The notes: generated by a model from the sequence alone, not told the origin. A DNA stretch of 64,000 bases from an uncultured virus (IMG/VR IMGVR_UViG_3300033067_001366) (IMGVR_UViG_3300033067_001366); one strand, 5' to 3'; shown: positions 47,901 to 56,643, numbered from the stretch's first letter. Translations and numbers: made by a program.

Positions 47901-50900
47901 CAGGTGGACGTCGTCGGTTATGAGACGTATCGGCCTGGAATGACTCGTCCAGAATGGACGAACGCCGTTACCGAGAAGCTCGGCCGCGGCGCCCAGCGAT
48001 TCACAGACGCAACCTGGCAGCGACTTCAGCCGCCGCCGCCAAAGATTCACCGACGCGTTGAAGAGACTCCCGCCTTTTACTCCCAGCTCGAACGAACGAT
48101 CGAAGCCAAGATGCCCGCCAAGGCCTCCGCTGATCAGGTTCGGGCGATTCTTATCAATCCACAGAATGGTGTGAAAGCGGACGAGGTCAAATGGTCTGGC
48201 CTCGACGACTTCCTGCGGGACAAGCGGTCGGTAACCAAGCAGGAGGTTTCCGAATTCCTGGCGGCAAATCGGATTGAAGTCCGGGACGTCATGAAGGGCG
48301 GCGCTGGCCAGTACGAGAACAGCGAAGATGGCCTATCGAGGCTCATTGAGGACGCTGCAGCAGATCCAGGCCTTTGGGAAAAGCTTGACACAGGTGTTGC
48401 CTTTGACAATTTTGAAGATACCGAGGAGCGGGCGATGTATCTGGCCAGCGGGAATCCAGAGGCTGCCGGCTTTTACATCACCAACGTCGACCATCCTGGG
48501 GAGTTCGTTCAGTATGCAGATCACGTCTTACCCGGCGCGAAGCCTGATAGTTACCGCGAATTACTACTGACACTGCCGCGCAAAAAACAGGGGCAGGAAT
48601 TTGCCGATGAATATAACCGCTACTTCTCTGCATTGCATCGTAAATACGGCGACGGGGTTCGGGTCAAGGCGTCACAGTCAGAGCTTGATGAGTTAGATAG
48701 ACTGAATTCGATGTCTGAGCGAGGCGAGGGGGAAAACTACACATCGGGCCACTTCGACGATCCCAATGTGCTGGCGCACGTTCGGTTCAATGATCGAACC
48801 GATGCAGACGGCAAGCGAGTGCTGTTTCTGGAAGAGATTCAGTCCGACTGGCATCAGAAAGGGCGAAAGTCTGGGTATCGAGAAAAATGGCCACAGGCAA
48901 AAGTGGATCGGTTCACAGTTGATCCAACAACAGGCAATTTCGGTTACTGGACAGTGAGAGATGGAGATGGGTACATCATTGCCCAGCCTCCGCTTCAGTT
49001 CAATAAGACGCCGGAGGCTGCGCTGGCCTTGGTTAAAAAGTCCGCTCTTGATGGCACGCTTAATGGAATGGGCAGGGTTCCCGATGCGCCTTTTAAGAAG
49101 AATTGGCACGAATTTGCTTTCAAGCGAATGCTTCGGTATGCGGCTGAAAAGGGCTACGACCGTGTGGCCTGGACAACGGGCGAGCAGCAAGCAGATCGCT
49201 ATGATCTCTCGAAGCACGTGGATCGGCTCGCGCTAGTGCGAAGCACTGCTCCAGGCGACAACGGGCAGTTAACTCTTTTTGCCTATAAAGGAGGCCGGCA
49301 GATTTTGGCAAAAGAAACTGCCGCCGAGGAGTTACCAGACATCGTGGGTAAGGATGTTGCGCAGCGCCTGCTGGATCAGCCGGAGTCTAAGCCGAGTCAG
49401 TTTATGACTACTGAGCGGTCCCTGTCGGGGGTCGACTTAAGGGTCGGCGGCGAGGGGATGAAGGGTTTCTACGACAGGATTCTGCCAGCGTTCGCTGCAA
49501 AATACGGGAAGAAATGGGGCACGAGAGTCGAACAGATTGATGTCGGTCCCAAGGCGAGTTTCAGTTTGCGTTTCGATGATCGCCGACAGTTTCACGGCGA
49601 ACTCCTGCGCGACGATAATAATCAGCCGCTTACATTTAAGTCGTCGCTGGAGGCAGAGTCTTTCATTCAGGAAGCTGGGTTGCCTGAGATGGAGGTCGTC
49701 AGAAATCCAGACCTGCTGGTTCATTCGGTTCAGGTCACGCCAGAGATGCGTGCTTCGGTGATGAAGGGGCAGCCGCTGTTCCGCAAGGAGCCTGTCTTCT
49801 ATTCGCAGCTCGAGCGGACGATTAACGCCAAGATGCCGGCGAAGGCCTCCGCTGCGCAGATCCGGGCGATTATCGAGAATCCACAGAGCGGCGTAAAAGC
49901 CGACGAGTTGAAGTGGACAGGCCTGGACGATCTGCTGGAGCGCGGTGGTCATTTCACCAAGGAGCAAGTGCTTGATCATCTGCGTCAGAATCGCGTTCAG
50001 TTTGATGAAGTCGTTAAAGGGGCGCGACCAGGAGTCGAGCGCCGTCTGCCTCCCGATCAGATCGTTCGGCGTCTTAACGAGGAGGATGCGGACATTTTCG
50101 GCGAGCCGGTCGGAAGCTGGGGGCTGTTCTCCGTAATTGAGGTCTCCGATGAGGACGATCTGATTGTTCCGTTGGGTAATTGGCCAACCTACGAGCATGC
50201 TGTCGATGCAGCCTTCGCTTCCGCAGAAGAGGCGGGCATTGATTACGAAGAGCATATGGGGGCAGTCTCTAACACTGATGCTAAATTCTCGCATTACACC
50301 TTGCCGGGAGAGAGGGCCGACTATACGGAACTCCTTCTCACGCTGCCTGTCGAGGATCGGACGGTGCGAGAGCTTCCTGCGGGCTACAAAGTCGAGCAGC
50401 CGCGTCCGGGTGGTGATGGGTGGACGGTCTACGATCCCCAGGGCCGTGATTATGGGTACGGCGACACCAGGGAGCAGGCCATTGAGGATGCGCTGAGGCT
50501 GCTGAATGATTTGGCCGAGCCTTCCGAGGGAGTCTATAACTCCTCTCACTACGGTGAGCCGAATATCCTGGCGCACGTCCGTTTCGACACTCGAACCGAC
50601 GCCGACGGCAAGCGCATTCTGTTTTTGGAAGAGGTTCAGTCCGACTGGCATCAGGAGGGGCGCAAGCGCGGTTACAAGCCGAACTCTCGCGATCTTGATG
50701 CATTGGATAAAGAATTAGAGCAAGCGTTGAGTGTCTACAACCAGGCACTCGCGCGGTGGCGTGAGGCGACCGGCGGGCGAAATGTAGCAGTGTTTGATTC
50801 CACGCCCGAAGGTGCGGAGATGCTCGGTCGACTTCGCGAGCTGCAGCAGAGCAGGTATCCTTCGGGCAATGCGGTTCCCGACGCGCCGTTCAAAAAGACC

Positions 50901-53900
50901 TGGCACGAGTTGGTCTTCAAGCGGATGCTGCGTCACGCGGCAGAGAATGGCTTTGATCGGATGGGCTGGACGACTGGTGCGCAGCAGGCGGATCGCTACG
51001 ACCTGGCCAAGCAGGTGTCGGAGATTCGAGTCTATAAGCGATATAACGGGGACGGTTTCAATGTTAACGCGAGAGGCTTGAATGGCGAGATGGTTGTTAT
51101 GCAGCACGCAAAGACTGCCGACGATCTCGCCGATTTAATTGGCAAGGATGCAGCTCAAAAAGCTTTGGACATTATTGAGTCGGGCAATCGGCTGCCGACA
51201 GGCGAGCAGGCTGCGTTCCTGCGCGGCGATGATTTAAAGGTCGGGGGCAGTGGAATGCGCGGCTTTTACGACAAGATTCTACCGGCGTTCGCGTCGAAGT
51301 ATGCCAAGAAATGGGGTGTTAAGGTCGGCGAGACCAGCCTGGCAGATGCCTACGGCCACGATGATGCGACCATCCCAAGAGACCGGGTTGTTAACCATCC
51401 TGCATTCATTCGGGATCGAGAGCAGGGACTCAGCTACGACGATGCTTACATGAATGCCGAGGGTGAAATCTTCCAGGAGAGGGCGGCACAGCAGGGGTTT
51501 AATAAAATTCATTTCATTGATGTCACGCCGGCAATGCGTGAGAGCGTGCTGGAAGGGCAGCCGCTGTTTCAGAAGCCTGGCGCACAGGGCCTTCCAGGGC
51601 TTACGGAGGCCGATCTGCCACAGATCATTGCCGACGCCCGCGTCACGTTTAAATCGGGTAAGCGCGGAGCTCCGGGCACGGTTTACGCGAATGATTCCGC
51701 ATCTCACATCCTTCGGGCTGCATTCAAAGAGATTTACGGCGAGGACGCCGACCTGCTCAACTTCAATACGGAATCGTCCGTCATTCAGGCGATGGTCGAC
51801 GTGATCGAGAAGGATGCCGGCGACGCCTACTTCCAGGCTAAAACGCGGAAGCAGTTGCGTGCGATCGCGCGGGAGCTCCGGGCGGCCGCCGATGCTGCCG
51901 ATACCGTGTCAGTGATCTTTGCCGACAAGGGGCGCGGATTCTCAGATATTGCAAAATCGCGCCGTCATGAGTTAACACACGCAGCACAGTCCGGGCTTCA
52001 GAACTCGCGAGGGTTTTTGCAGGGGCATCGGTTCGGTCGAGTGATCGCAGATCACCTGGCTGAGATGGGTTATGCGTTGGATGATCGAACGATGGAGGCT
52101 GCGGCGTTTGTCGCTGGCGGCGAATGGCAACGGGTCGGACTGACCGAGCAACAGGGCAGGGAATTCCTGCACGATTACTTCGACGACATTGCCCGGACCA
52201 ACGGACGCGAGGCGCTGGAACGGTTTGTAACACTGGCGCCGAAGATCAAATCGGCTCTGGCCGAGGTAAAGGAGCGTTATGGCACTCAGAGACAGGATCC
52301 TGCAGGAAGCGAACGCGGCGCAGCAGCGTCGGGAGATGGAGAATCTTCAGAAGCTCGACAATCTAGCAGCGGAGGCTCAAAAGTATCTCGACGAGTCGAG
52401 CCCGGAGCCGAGGGCCACGGCCGAGCCGACGGCAAAGACTCCTCCGAACCCCGAGGGAAAAAGGTAGATGGTCGGGGGTTCAGCATCGGTCCTCTGGAAA
52501 ACGAGCCGACAGGGCCGATTGCAGCGTCTGCGTTGGGCGTTTTACAGCAGGCGGCTGCCGGCAAGAATCCAAAAACGACGCCGCTGCGGGAGATCGTGGC
52601 AGAGCATCGCCCAATTCTGGTGGATCCTCTTAAAATTCAGGACCAGGCCTTGGAGGCCATCGTCAAGGCTGGGGTCGCTCGAACGCTGCCTGGCGCGCGG
52701 GCGCTTCATTGGGCTGACAAACTAAAAGCACGGGGTCTGACGAATCGCCTGGCCAACCGCCAGGCCAAATTCATCGAAGACGCCATTGCCAGAACGAGCA
52801 GCATTATTGAGGCCTCCGAGCGGATGGGCCGCGCCGATCGCGGTGGGGCCGAGTATCAGAAAGCGAAGAAAGAACTGCAGCAGCTCCGTCGCGAGCTGCA
52901 TGCGCAATTAGCCAAACTCTCCGACTATTCCGGTCCGGTCGAGTACGCTGCTAAATACTCGAAGGCCGCACTTCTGACGGCTGCACACATCCTGACTAAT
53001 AACATTCTCGATCAGGTGGCATCATTTCCGCTTCACGAAGCGCAAAAGATGCTCGGCTTTATGCTGCCGGTGAAGGCGCTGCAAAAATGGGGCGTTGATG
53101 TCGAGCGTTCCTCGGTGGACTTCCGTGACCTGGTTCCTGCGATCGCGCGCGAGTTTGGCGCAGTTCTGCGTGGGACGAAGGATGCGCTGCCGGACATTGT
53201 TCAGATGCTCCGGTATGGCACCACGGACCTGCTCCTGGACGAAGAGGTCGCGCGTCAGCAGGCCGACGATCTGGACGAAGAAGGAAGACCGCGAACGGGC
53301 GGCGCGGACCGCTATGAGTTGGGCAAGCGCGCCAGGGGCGTGCCTGGTTTGGATCAGACGATCGCCGCGATCGGGCGCATGCACGGCGCGGCTGACGCGT
53401 TTGGCCGTCGCTGGGCACTGACGACGGCACTGACAGCACAGGCGAACGCCATCGCCAAGAAGGTCGGAAAAGAGCACGGCCTTTCCGCGAAGGAGATTAA
53501 AGACCTGGCTGTGGATCTGGCGTCGGAGCCTTCGCCGCAGATGATGGTCCTGGCGGCCGACGAAGCGAACCGGTTTATTCTCGACTTTCCGACGTTTATT
53601 CATAACGCGATTCAGACGCTTCGGAAGGTGGGATCCAGCGATCCCAAGCACAAGCTGGCCAACCTGGCGTTCAACCGCGCGCTGGACTTTGTCGTTAAGT
53701 TTGAAAAGATTCCGCTGGCTGCGCAGATGCAGTCCCTGGTGCACTATTCGCCCGTCGGCTTGATTGGTCAGGCGTACAGTGTGCGCCAGGCTTCGCTGGC
53801 CAAGAAGGCGGGCAAGCCGATCTCCAAGGCCGACTCAGCCGAAATTGCAGAGCGGTTGCGCCAGGCAATGCTGGGCACGCTGATGTGGGCTGGCGTCGGG

Positions 53901-54986
53901 GTTCTGGGCAGTCTGGGTTACTTGCAGTTTACCGGTGGCGGTGATGACCGGGACCGTGTTCGCAACGCCGAGGGCGCGCTTGGCGAGAATCCATTCGAGC
54001 CGGAGTTGGTGGTCGGGGACACGGCTTTCGGTATCAATAAGCTGGGGGTGGTCGGTCGCGCAGGGTCACTGGCTGCGCGCGTGGCGACCGCAGCGCGTCG
54101 TCGCACGGATCCGCTGACAGGCGAACAGGAGCCTGCTTCAAAGGTCGCCACGAGAAGCGCGAAGGCTGTTGCCGAGGGGCTGATCAATGACAATCCGGTC
54201 GGCCGCGGCGTCGGCGAGATTATCGGGCCAGCACTATCTGGGCAGTTCGGTGATTTCGGTCAGAAGTTTTTGCGCGGTCAGGTTCGGAGTTTCGTGCCTG
54301 GGATTTTGCGCGACCTGGCCAAGTTGCAGGATTCGACGGCACGCATTCCAGATGACACCAGTTTCAGCTCTCAGATCAACGCGGACTTCCGGTCGGGCAA
54401 CCCTTGGACGCGCAGCAGCCTTGAGCCTCGCTTGGACGCAATGGGCCGACCGGTTAAGGAGGCGAATCCGTTCCTTCCTTATCGTTCAATCGAAGACGTT
54501 CCGCGTCGGCGAGAGCTTGAGGAGATGCGTCGGCTGGGAACAGGGCCGTCTGCGGAAAAAAGAGAGAAGGGAACTAGCGCCTCTGATTTCAATAAGCAGG
54601 TCAGCAGTCGCGCGGCCCAGACGAAGGCCGCGCTGGATCGGATCGCGCCTGGTCAGGCTGTGCGCTCAGACGCCGCAAGGGCGCGCGTCTACGCGTCCGG
54701 GCTGACGAGCGCTGCAATGAAACGCGCTGACAAGCTCTCCGACGGGTCGGTGCAGGCGAAGTACGATATCGAAGCTCTGCGCGCGGATGCGTATTCGGCG
54801 TTGCGAGAGCTGCCCGCTTATCAGGCTTTGAGCGATCGCCAGAAAGAGGCCGCTCGAAAACGCGTTGATGAACGCCTCAAGGGTAGCAAGGCGCGTGCGG
54901 CGAGTTCCCGTGCCGGTGAGAAAGCGGCGGCGCTGCCAGACGCCTCGGGTCGAGACCTGGCGCGCGAGGCGATTTCGTCCAGGTAG
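41967..54986 (+). CDS. Giant polyvalent ejection protein (4339 aa)
   Basis: Ala/Gly hydrophobic N-region; Dam-like domain about 46569-47630; duplicated module 48075-49781 and 49797-51569; HELTH 51966-51980; helical C-region. Confidence 0.85.
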   Translation: MFEDQGQDPVESFGDFVSRTSTSAPAKRKPAPVPAPSVPAPGSFGEFVQRSKSQRQPDGPEVPDWALRQQRTIDVVPDALDFRGPTEGDKLVDRAMTAAGAVAPPPTEARIGRTAFARKVRPQRSAAAVASDDAAAQSFQRSTTPEWTDNEPLTPEERHQASEGFLASLALDKQAREQEAKAAVEAEARRAPKDAFSRVGGNFARGVVSGAGQPIEMMATDDRHPVLKEVAAKTLGDIEDVAREYFPLDHRDPAKLNPFKGDFYSADNAGKILTESIPYAAGTTVPFAAISAGAGGVASLLAPEAAAAEVIPRMTVADAIPAWAARRLPSRLAARELTEGVTGADLVGRASASATGASSTAAQEYEAAKRAGMSDNEAARSAAIGAVIGMSEGLGAPSTVGQFRRGAHIANEAIEEALQEGFSQAATGVNAKYLTGYDPNKPVSEIAGEAAGNALVGGAVGGLMATPGGISKPHTAPSPQTHIRPQIDERSRLNEAALAQAATSPAAPAAPTNQGGTQANPQPAAPPQSAPAVLFPNAQVQPAVEDLSSLSPTDRVAKLLERTKQMREGKTQANVEQQLNKEFTEASGLLDAAEQGWDVDRPTAELYVQAGAKRLKAALGTLQSSPGFQAELQAAASGQPLPATPYTTAVRTIQDRLANADALVNRDADIERIQKEGQTEVDRIQKELQVEADQAQKEQVKLQRRDAKEQAKFDRKAQKEEDRASRLEARRQQQEANKKARQVEMENQRQTAQNERDRKLAVAELQRISAHNAALQQADEAGRRSLQYHNEGRTSEAVAELVVQQNQIRDAVKYLPRTPDAQAVKADLNRYSGQIGNRIGDLRRQMRGGRSGRGEVTQPIPSLLSADAIVNPEGGVPRMPKPYEEAHYQPGSSFQRLAEEQRDETEETTPLLTAIRRLGGIRDDGITGGELRRLGVKESGTTGIANRNGSPPDRMREMLASEGYLPDDSTVSDLFDAIEAEMRGGSDTSEEESFDEYYRRLAEEERNAQRRGDGEAGRDSFEEYLARQDRRAENVPTEGRADNTHANDSFTEFLDKHGKDLTDEEAEDFAAYERTIKRSLSENPRPYGERTRPPEPGSSGLSFSGFNIMLRRNGEKIERLRTMDLNSPKAQQIISEIEADNARMGLEDNRSHLTPHLEELITMIMSDQFEALAEEEETLLDQIGDEAELHPEEDRPAIDREIAALDLVFEDKDLLELLEVASRGDDNAASQFIDYGTQFYGITEQTAQDLIETRRAARAARRENLAHHDAPRPAQQAPSAPEKLTDREVQLLRTNPSDVFDEQFDSYMHAIEDLHARAVRGEVDVDPGTIYDPARWVGVPSDVVSRLIENKSAPRAPLLNRIHGNRGGRVEKNRLPARENVEIINKYKNADLLRLAKPTRANRMSRLTQIINAAKITVEKNPSGASKVWMGEVRDLLERALAARAQYEKENPPKAPAAKPVPGAVVHPDPKLDGKPVLARTSDGRVVVENPDNKGGVSIVKDRSGEVEGREFVPLAGPTDPAVIKNRKREIGKLMPFNIQGNKSDLLAKGLGALMERAAKGTRRMIDAFAGSGTYTHYMRSRKIANQGDILNEFEPLRYIAHKQLRDNPEAVAAEADRVVADLRKLTAPIREGEPFSDTHDRIRQQVAAYFQGRLRALVVEGESLNERGRTGEPVEMVDSPETAGIYLVLQNQSFNFLPVQAEVSAPTVSENQSAFNFYEEDAAAREPKFRLPGFGVISNEGGKVGLFAHGRERILQSGSRAIEAGRRMQGVDVRRGDGWALIGREAKAGDLVPVDTSYLNRGSQETSNYNKATAEDAVPAIYNEKVRKNLLPAWDRGAKLVITNNWDEGVASFLRSLGFRLVKAFRQGASKDDIQSGGAAELIAVNFDPATGEFFERRRDDAPGVAAEIVSRPALDRRGAAGGQVESGRLAGQPEGKDAAVRGRGVDSGNAGQLTEEPSWVTEARARVAGGRPQLPDQVDVVGYETYRPGMTRPEWTNAVTEKLGRGAQRFTDATWQRLQPPPPKIHRRVEETPAFYSQLERTIEAKMPAKASADQVRAILINPQNGVKADEVKWSGLDDFLRDKRSVTKQEVSEFLAANRIEVRDVMKGGAGQYENSEDGLSRLIEDAAADPGLWEKLDTGVAFDNFEDTEERAMYLASGNPEAAGFYITNVDHPGEFVQYADHVLPGAKPDSYRELLLTLPRKKQGQEFADEYNRYFSALHRKYGDGVRVKASQSELDELDRLNSMSERGEGENYTSGHFDDPNVLAHVRFNDRTDADGKRVLFLEEIQSDWHQKGRKSGYREKWPQAKVDRFTVDPTTGNFGYWTVRDGDGYIIAQPPLQFNKTPEAALALVKKSALDGTLNGMGRVPDAPFKKNWHEFAFKRMLRYAAEKGYDRVAWTTGEQQADRYDLSKHVDRLALVRSTAPGDNGQLTLFAYKGGRQILAKETAAEELPDIVGKDVAQRLLDQPESKPSQFMTTERSLSGVDLRVGGEGMKGFYDRILPAFAAKYGKKWGTRVEQIDVGPKASFSLRFDDRRQFHGELLRDDNNQPLTFKSSLEAESFIQEAGLPEMEVVRNPDLLVHSVQVTPEMRASVMKGQPLFRKEPVFYSQLERTINAKMPAKASAAQIRAIIENPQSGVKADELKWTGLDDLLERGGHFTKEQVLDHLRQNRVQFDEVVKGARPGVERRLPPDQIVRRLNEEDADIFGEPVGSWGLFSVIEVSDEDDLIVPLGNWPTYEHAVDAAFASAEEAGIDYEEHMGAVSNTDAKFSHYTLPGERADYTELLLTLPVEDRTVRELPAGYKVEQPRPGGDGWTVYDPQGRDYGYGDTREQAIEDALRLLNDLAEPSEGVYNSSHYGEPNILAHVRFDTRTDADGKRILFLEEVQSDWHQEGRKRGYKPNSRDLDALDKELEQALSVYNQALARWREATGGRNVAVFDSTPEGAEMLGRLRELQQSRYPSGNAVPDAPFKKTWHELVFKRMLRHAAENGFDRMGWTTGAQQADRYDLAKQVSEIRVYKRYNGDGFNVNARGLNGEMVVMQHAKTADDLADLIGKDAAQKALDIIESGNRLPTGEQAAFLRGDDLKVGGSGMRGFYDKILPAFASKYAKKWGVKVGETSLADAYGHDDATIPRDRVVNHPAFIRDREQGLSYDDAYMNAEGEIFQERAAQQGFNKIHFIDVTPAMRESVLEGQPLFQKPGAQGLPGLTEADLPQIIADARVTFKSGKRGAPGTVYANDSASHILRAAFKEIYGEDADLLNFNTESSVIQAMVDVIEKDAGDAYFQAKTRKQLRAIARELRAAADAADTVSVIFADKGRGFSDIAKSRRHELTHAAQSGLQNSRGFLQGHRFGRVIADHLAEMGYALDDRTMEAAAFVAGGEWQRVGLTEQQGREFLHDYFDDIARTNGREALERFVTLAPKIKSALAEVKERYGTQRQDPAGSERGAAASGDGESSEARQSSSGGSKVSRRVEPGAEGHGRADGKDSSEPRGKKVDGRGFSIGPLENEPTGPIAASALGVLQQAAAGKNPKTTPLREIVAEHRPILVDPLKIQDQALEAIVKAGVARTLPGARALHWADKLKARGLTNRLANRQAKFIEDAIARTSSIIEASERMGRADRGGAEYQKAKKELQQLRRELHAQLAKLSDYSGPVEYAAKYSKAALLTAAHILTNNILDQVASFPLHEAQKMLGFMLPVKALQKWGVDVERSSVDFRDLVPAIAREFGAVLRGTKDALPDIVQMLRYGTTDLLLDEEVARQQADDLDEEGRPRTGGADRYELGKRARGVPGLDQTIAAIGRMHGAADAFGRRWALTTALTAQANAIAKKVGKEHGLSAKEIKDLAVDLASEPSPQMMVLAADEANRFILDFPTFIHNAIQTLRKVGSSDPKHKLANLAFNRALDFVVKFEKIPLAAQMQSLVHYSPVGLIGQAYSVRQASLAKKAGKPISKADSAEIAERLRQAMLGTLMWAGVGVLGSLGYLQFTGGGDDRDRVRNAEGALGENPFEPELVVGDTAFGINKLGVVGRAGSLAARVATAARRRTDPLTGEQEPASKVATRSAKAVAEGLINDNPVGRGVGEIIGPALSGQFGDFGQKFLRGQVRSFVPGILRDLAKLQDSTARIPDDTSFSSQINADFRSGNPWTRSSLEPRLDAMGRPVKEANPFLPYRSIEDVPRRRELEEMRRLGTGPSAEKREKGTSASDFNKQVSSRAAQTKAALDRIAPGQAVRSDAARARVYASGLTSAAMKRADKLSDGSVQAKYDIEALRADAYSALRELPAYQALSDRQKEAARKRVDERLKGSKARAASSRAGEKAAALPDASGRDLAREAISSR
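47584..47832 (+). CDS. Candidate overprinted small gene (+1 frame) at end of MTase domain
   Basis: AAGGAG 47569-47574, 9-nt spacer, ATG; helical product over a low-complexity host linker. Confidence 0.55.
   Translation: MTSNQEARPNSSPSTSIPQPANSLNGDEMMHLASLPKSLAAQLSTDEALLVVRSSPDAWPDSLKEKMRPFADEELIQAMQAS
52279..52467 (+). CDS. Candidate overprinted small gene (+1 frame) after HExxH domain
   Basis: GAGGTAAAGGAG upstream of ATG; MALRDRILQEANAAQQRREMENLQKLDNLAAEAQKYLDE over a G/S/R/E linker. Confidence 0.55.
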   Translation: MALRDRILQEANAAQQRREMENLQKLDNLAAEAQKYLDESSPEPRATAEPTAKTPPNPEGKR

Positions 54987-55015
54987 AAAAAAGTAAAGGG
55001 CATCTTTCGATGCCC
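54987..55015. terminator. Terminator hairpin between convergent blocks
   Basis: A-rich run then GGGCATC-TTTC-GATGCCC. Confidence 0.55.
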
Positions 55016-55128
55016 AAATTCAGCAGCGTCCTCAGCCATTAGGGTATTTACCGCTGCCAGTTGAGTAAAGACTAGCATGGTTTCGGCTGGCCTGGCTAGC
55101 CCTGCTAGTGGAAATGTAAAGATGTCGT

Positions 55129-55386
55129 TTACTTCTTTACATTGACCAGAAACTCCCAAGCCTGGCGCGTCCACCTCGCGTCGGATAGGGCATTGTGCTC
55201 ATCTTTGCCGGCGGCTGGCAACTGCGGATCGCCCACGTCGGATCGGTCATGCCACTCCGCAGGTAATATTTGATGCGACGGCCAAGCGTCTTTTGCGCGC
55301 CCAATTCGTTCTTCAAGACTGGCAAGTATCTTTTGCAGCGCACCAGCATGCTGCCGGATTGCTTCAATCTCGTTATCTAAGTCCAT
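55129..55386 (-). pseudogene. Remnant of 3'-5' exoribonuclease (Rv2179c/DUF5051-like C-terminus)
   Basis: PQLP..GKDEHNALSDARWTRQAWEFL present, N-terminal DxE motif absent. Confidence 0.5.
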
Positions 55387-55422
55387 TTTCCTCTCTCCGT
55401 TTTCGACGTGGCGCAGGAATCG

Positions 55423-55917
55423 TTATGTAGGATTGACGTTTTGGTCGAACTCCTGGCAAGTGCATTGTGCGCAGTTGATCGGGTCGTGATCTGCCAGGCG
55501 GTGGCCACAATTACAGATCATCACTGGAAGCCTCGGCGCGACCGGGATCAGGAAGCCATACTCCTCTTCGGTGAGCAGCCCGTCGCCCGACGGATGTGGG
55601 TCGTGAACGATCTTGCCTGCCCTCCCTACGACGCTATGACGGTAGCCGCGTGGGCCCTGGCCACTAATGACATGGTATCCCGCAAACTCGAAGATGTGCT
55701 CCGCGCGCATATCAGCCGGGACGCCGACGTCGAGATAGAAGAGTCCATAATCTTTCAGCCACACGTTTGTTATGCCGCGCCAGTCATCTGAAAGGCAGAA
55801 GTGCGGCACCTCTTCAACTGGCAAATCTAGAATGCACGCGATCGCCGTCGAAAAGCAGTTCCCACGCGTCTGACCGTCAGTTCCATTGCCGAAAATTGTT
55901 TGATGCTGGATCTTCAT
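55423..55917 (-). CDS. Putative papain-like cysteine peptidase with C-terminal Cys/His cluster
   Basis: Q...GNCFSTAIACIL, HSVV, VHDP. Confidence 0.55.
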   Translation of the reverse strand: MKIQHQTIFGNGTDGQTRGNCFSTAIACILDLPVEEVPHFCLSDDWRGITNVWLKDYGLFYLDVGVPADMRAEHIFEFAGYHVISGQGPRGYRHSVVGRAGKIVHDPHPSGDGLLTEEEYGFLIPVAPRLPVMICNCGHRLADHDPINCAQCTCQEFDQNVNPT

Positions 55918-56181
55918 TTAGTACTCCGTTGAGGCAAACGCCCGCGGAAACTGCTCGCCGGCCTTCACCATCTCTTCTAGCTTCTGGCGGAATGACTTCT
56001 GTGTGTCGCAGTAATGATCCTCCGCATAGATGAATTCGTTCATCTCCTCGTCGGTCAGCTCCGCTGGTTCTTCGATCGTGTCTTCATCCGGGTAATCTGC
56101 GACGCACTCTTCGAGGGTGGCACCCGCCCACCAATCGCAATCATTCATCTTGAACACTTTGATTCCATTGATTCCCTGCAT
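55918..56181 (-). CDS. Acidic phage hypothetical protein
   Basis: KVFKMNDCDWWAG...FASTEY; abuts next ORF. Confidence 0.7.
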   Translation of the reverse strand: MQGINGIKVFKMNDCDWWAGATLEECVADYPDEDTIEEPAELTDEEMNEFIYAEDHYCDTQKSFRQKLEEMVKAGEQFPRAFASTEY

Positions 56182-56271
56182 ATTTCGCTCTCTTTTTTCA
56201 TAAACGAGCCGGAATTTGAATAATTATTTTCTAAGTTCCGGCTTCATCCTGATTTTCGGGATTTTGATTTT

Positions 56272-56643
56272 TTACTTCAAAATTCCGGCTCCGGCGCGAG
56301 TTTGAGAAAATTGATTTTTATTTTCTAAATTCCCAGGAATGGCCTTACTGCTCACCTCGCGGGTCACCAGGCTAATCTCAGACACCACCGTATGCCTGGT
56401 GATGTTCCCGGCCTCGCTACGGACATAAACATCCATGCGTTCAATCTGGCCATCGCCGTGCGAGCATTGAAGCTCCAGATACCTCTCTGCGGCGGCTCGT
56501 GCACTGCTGGCACTGATTCTTCGATACCAGTCAATGGCATCAAGTTCCGCTTGGGCTAGCTCGTTGATCTCTCGGTGGTCAGAGTCGTCGAACCACTCCG
56601 CTCGGTTGATTGCGTGGAAAGTTAATGGTTTCTGATTAGACAT
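56272..56643 (-). CDS. Hypothetical protein
   Basis: Coupled to parB end; GGAGAA RBS. Confidence 0.55.
   Translation of the reverse strand: MSNQKPLTFHAINRAEWFDDSDHREINELAQAELDAIDWYRRISASSARAAAERYLELQCSHGDGQIERMDVYVRSEAGNITRHTVVSEISLVTREVSSKAIPGNLENKNQFSQTRAGAGILK

Noticed and set aside
48075..51569. DGR template/variable repeat pair
   Set aside because: Copies differ broadly, not at adenines only, and no reverse transcriptase is present
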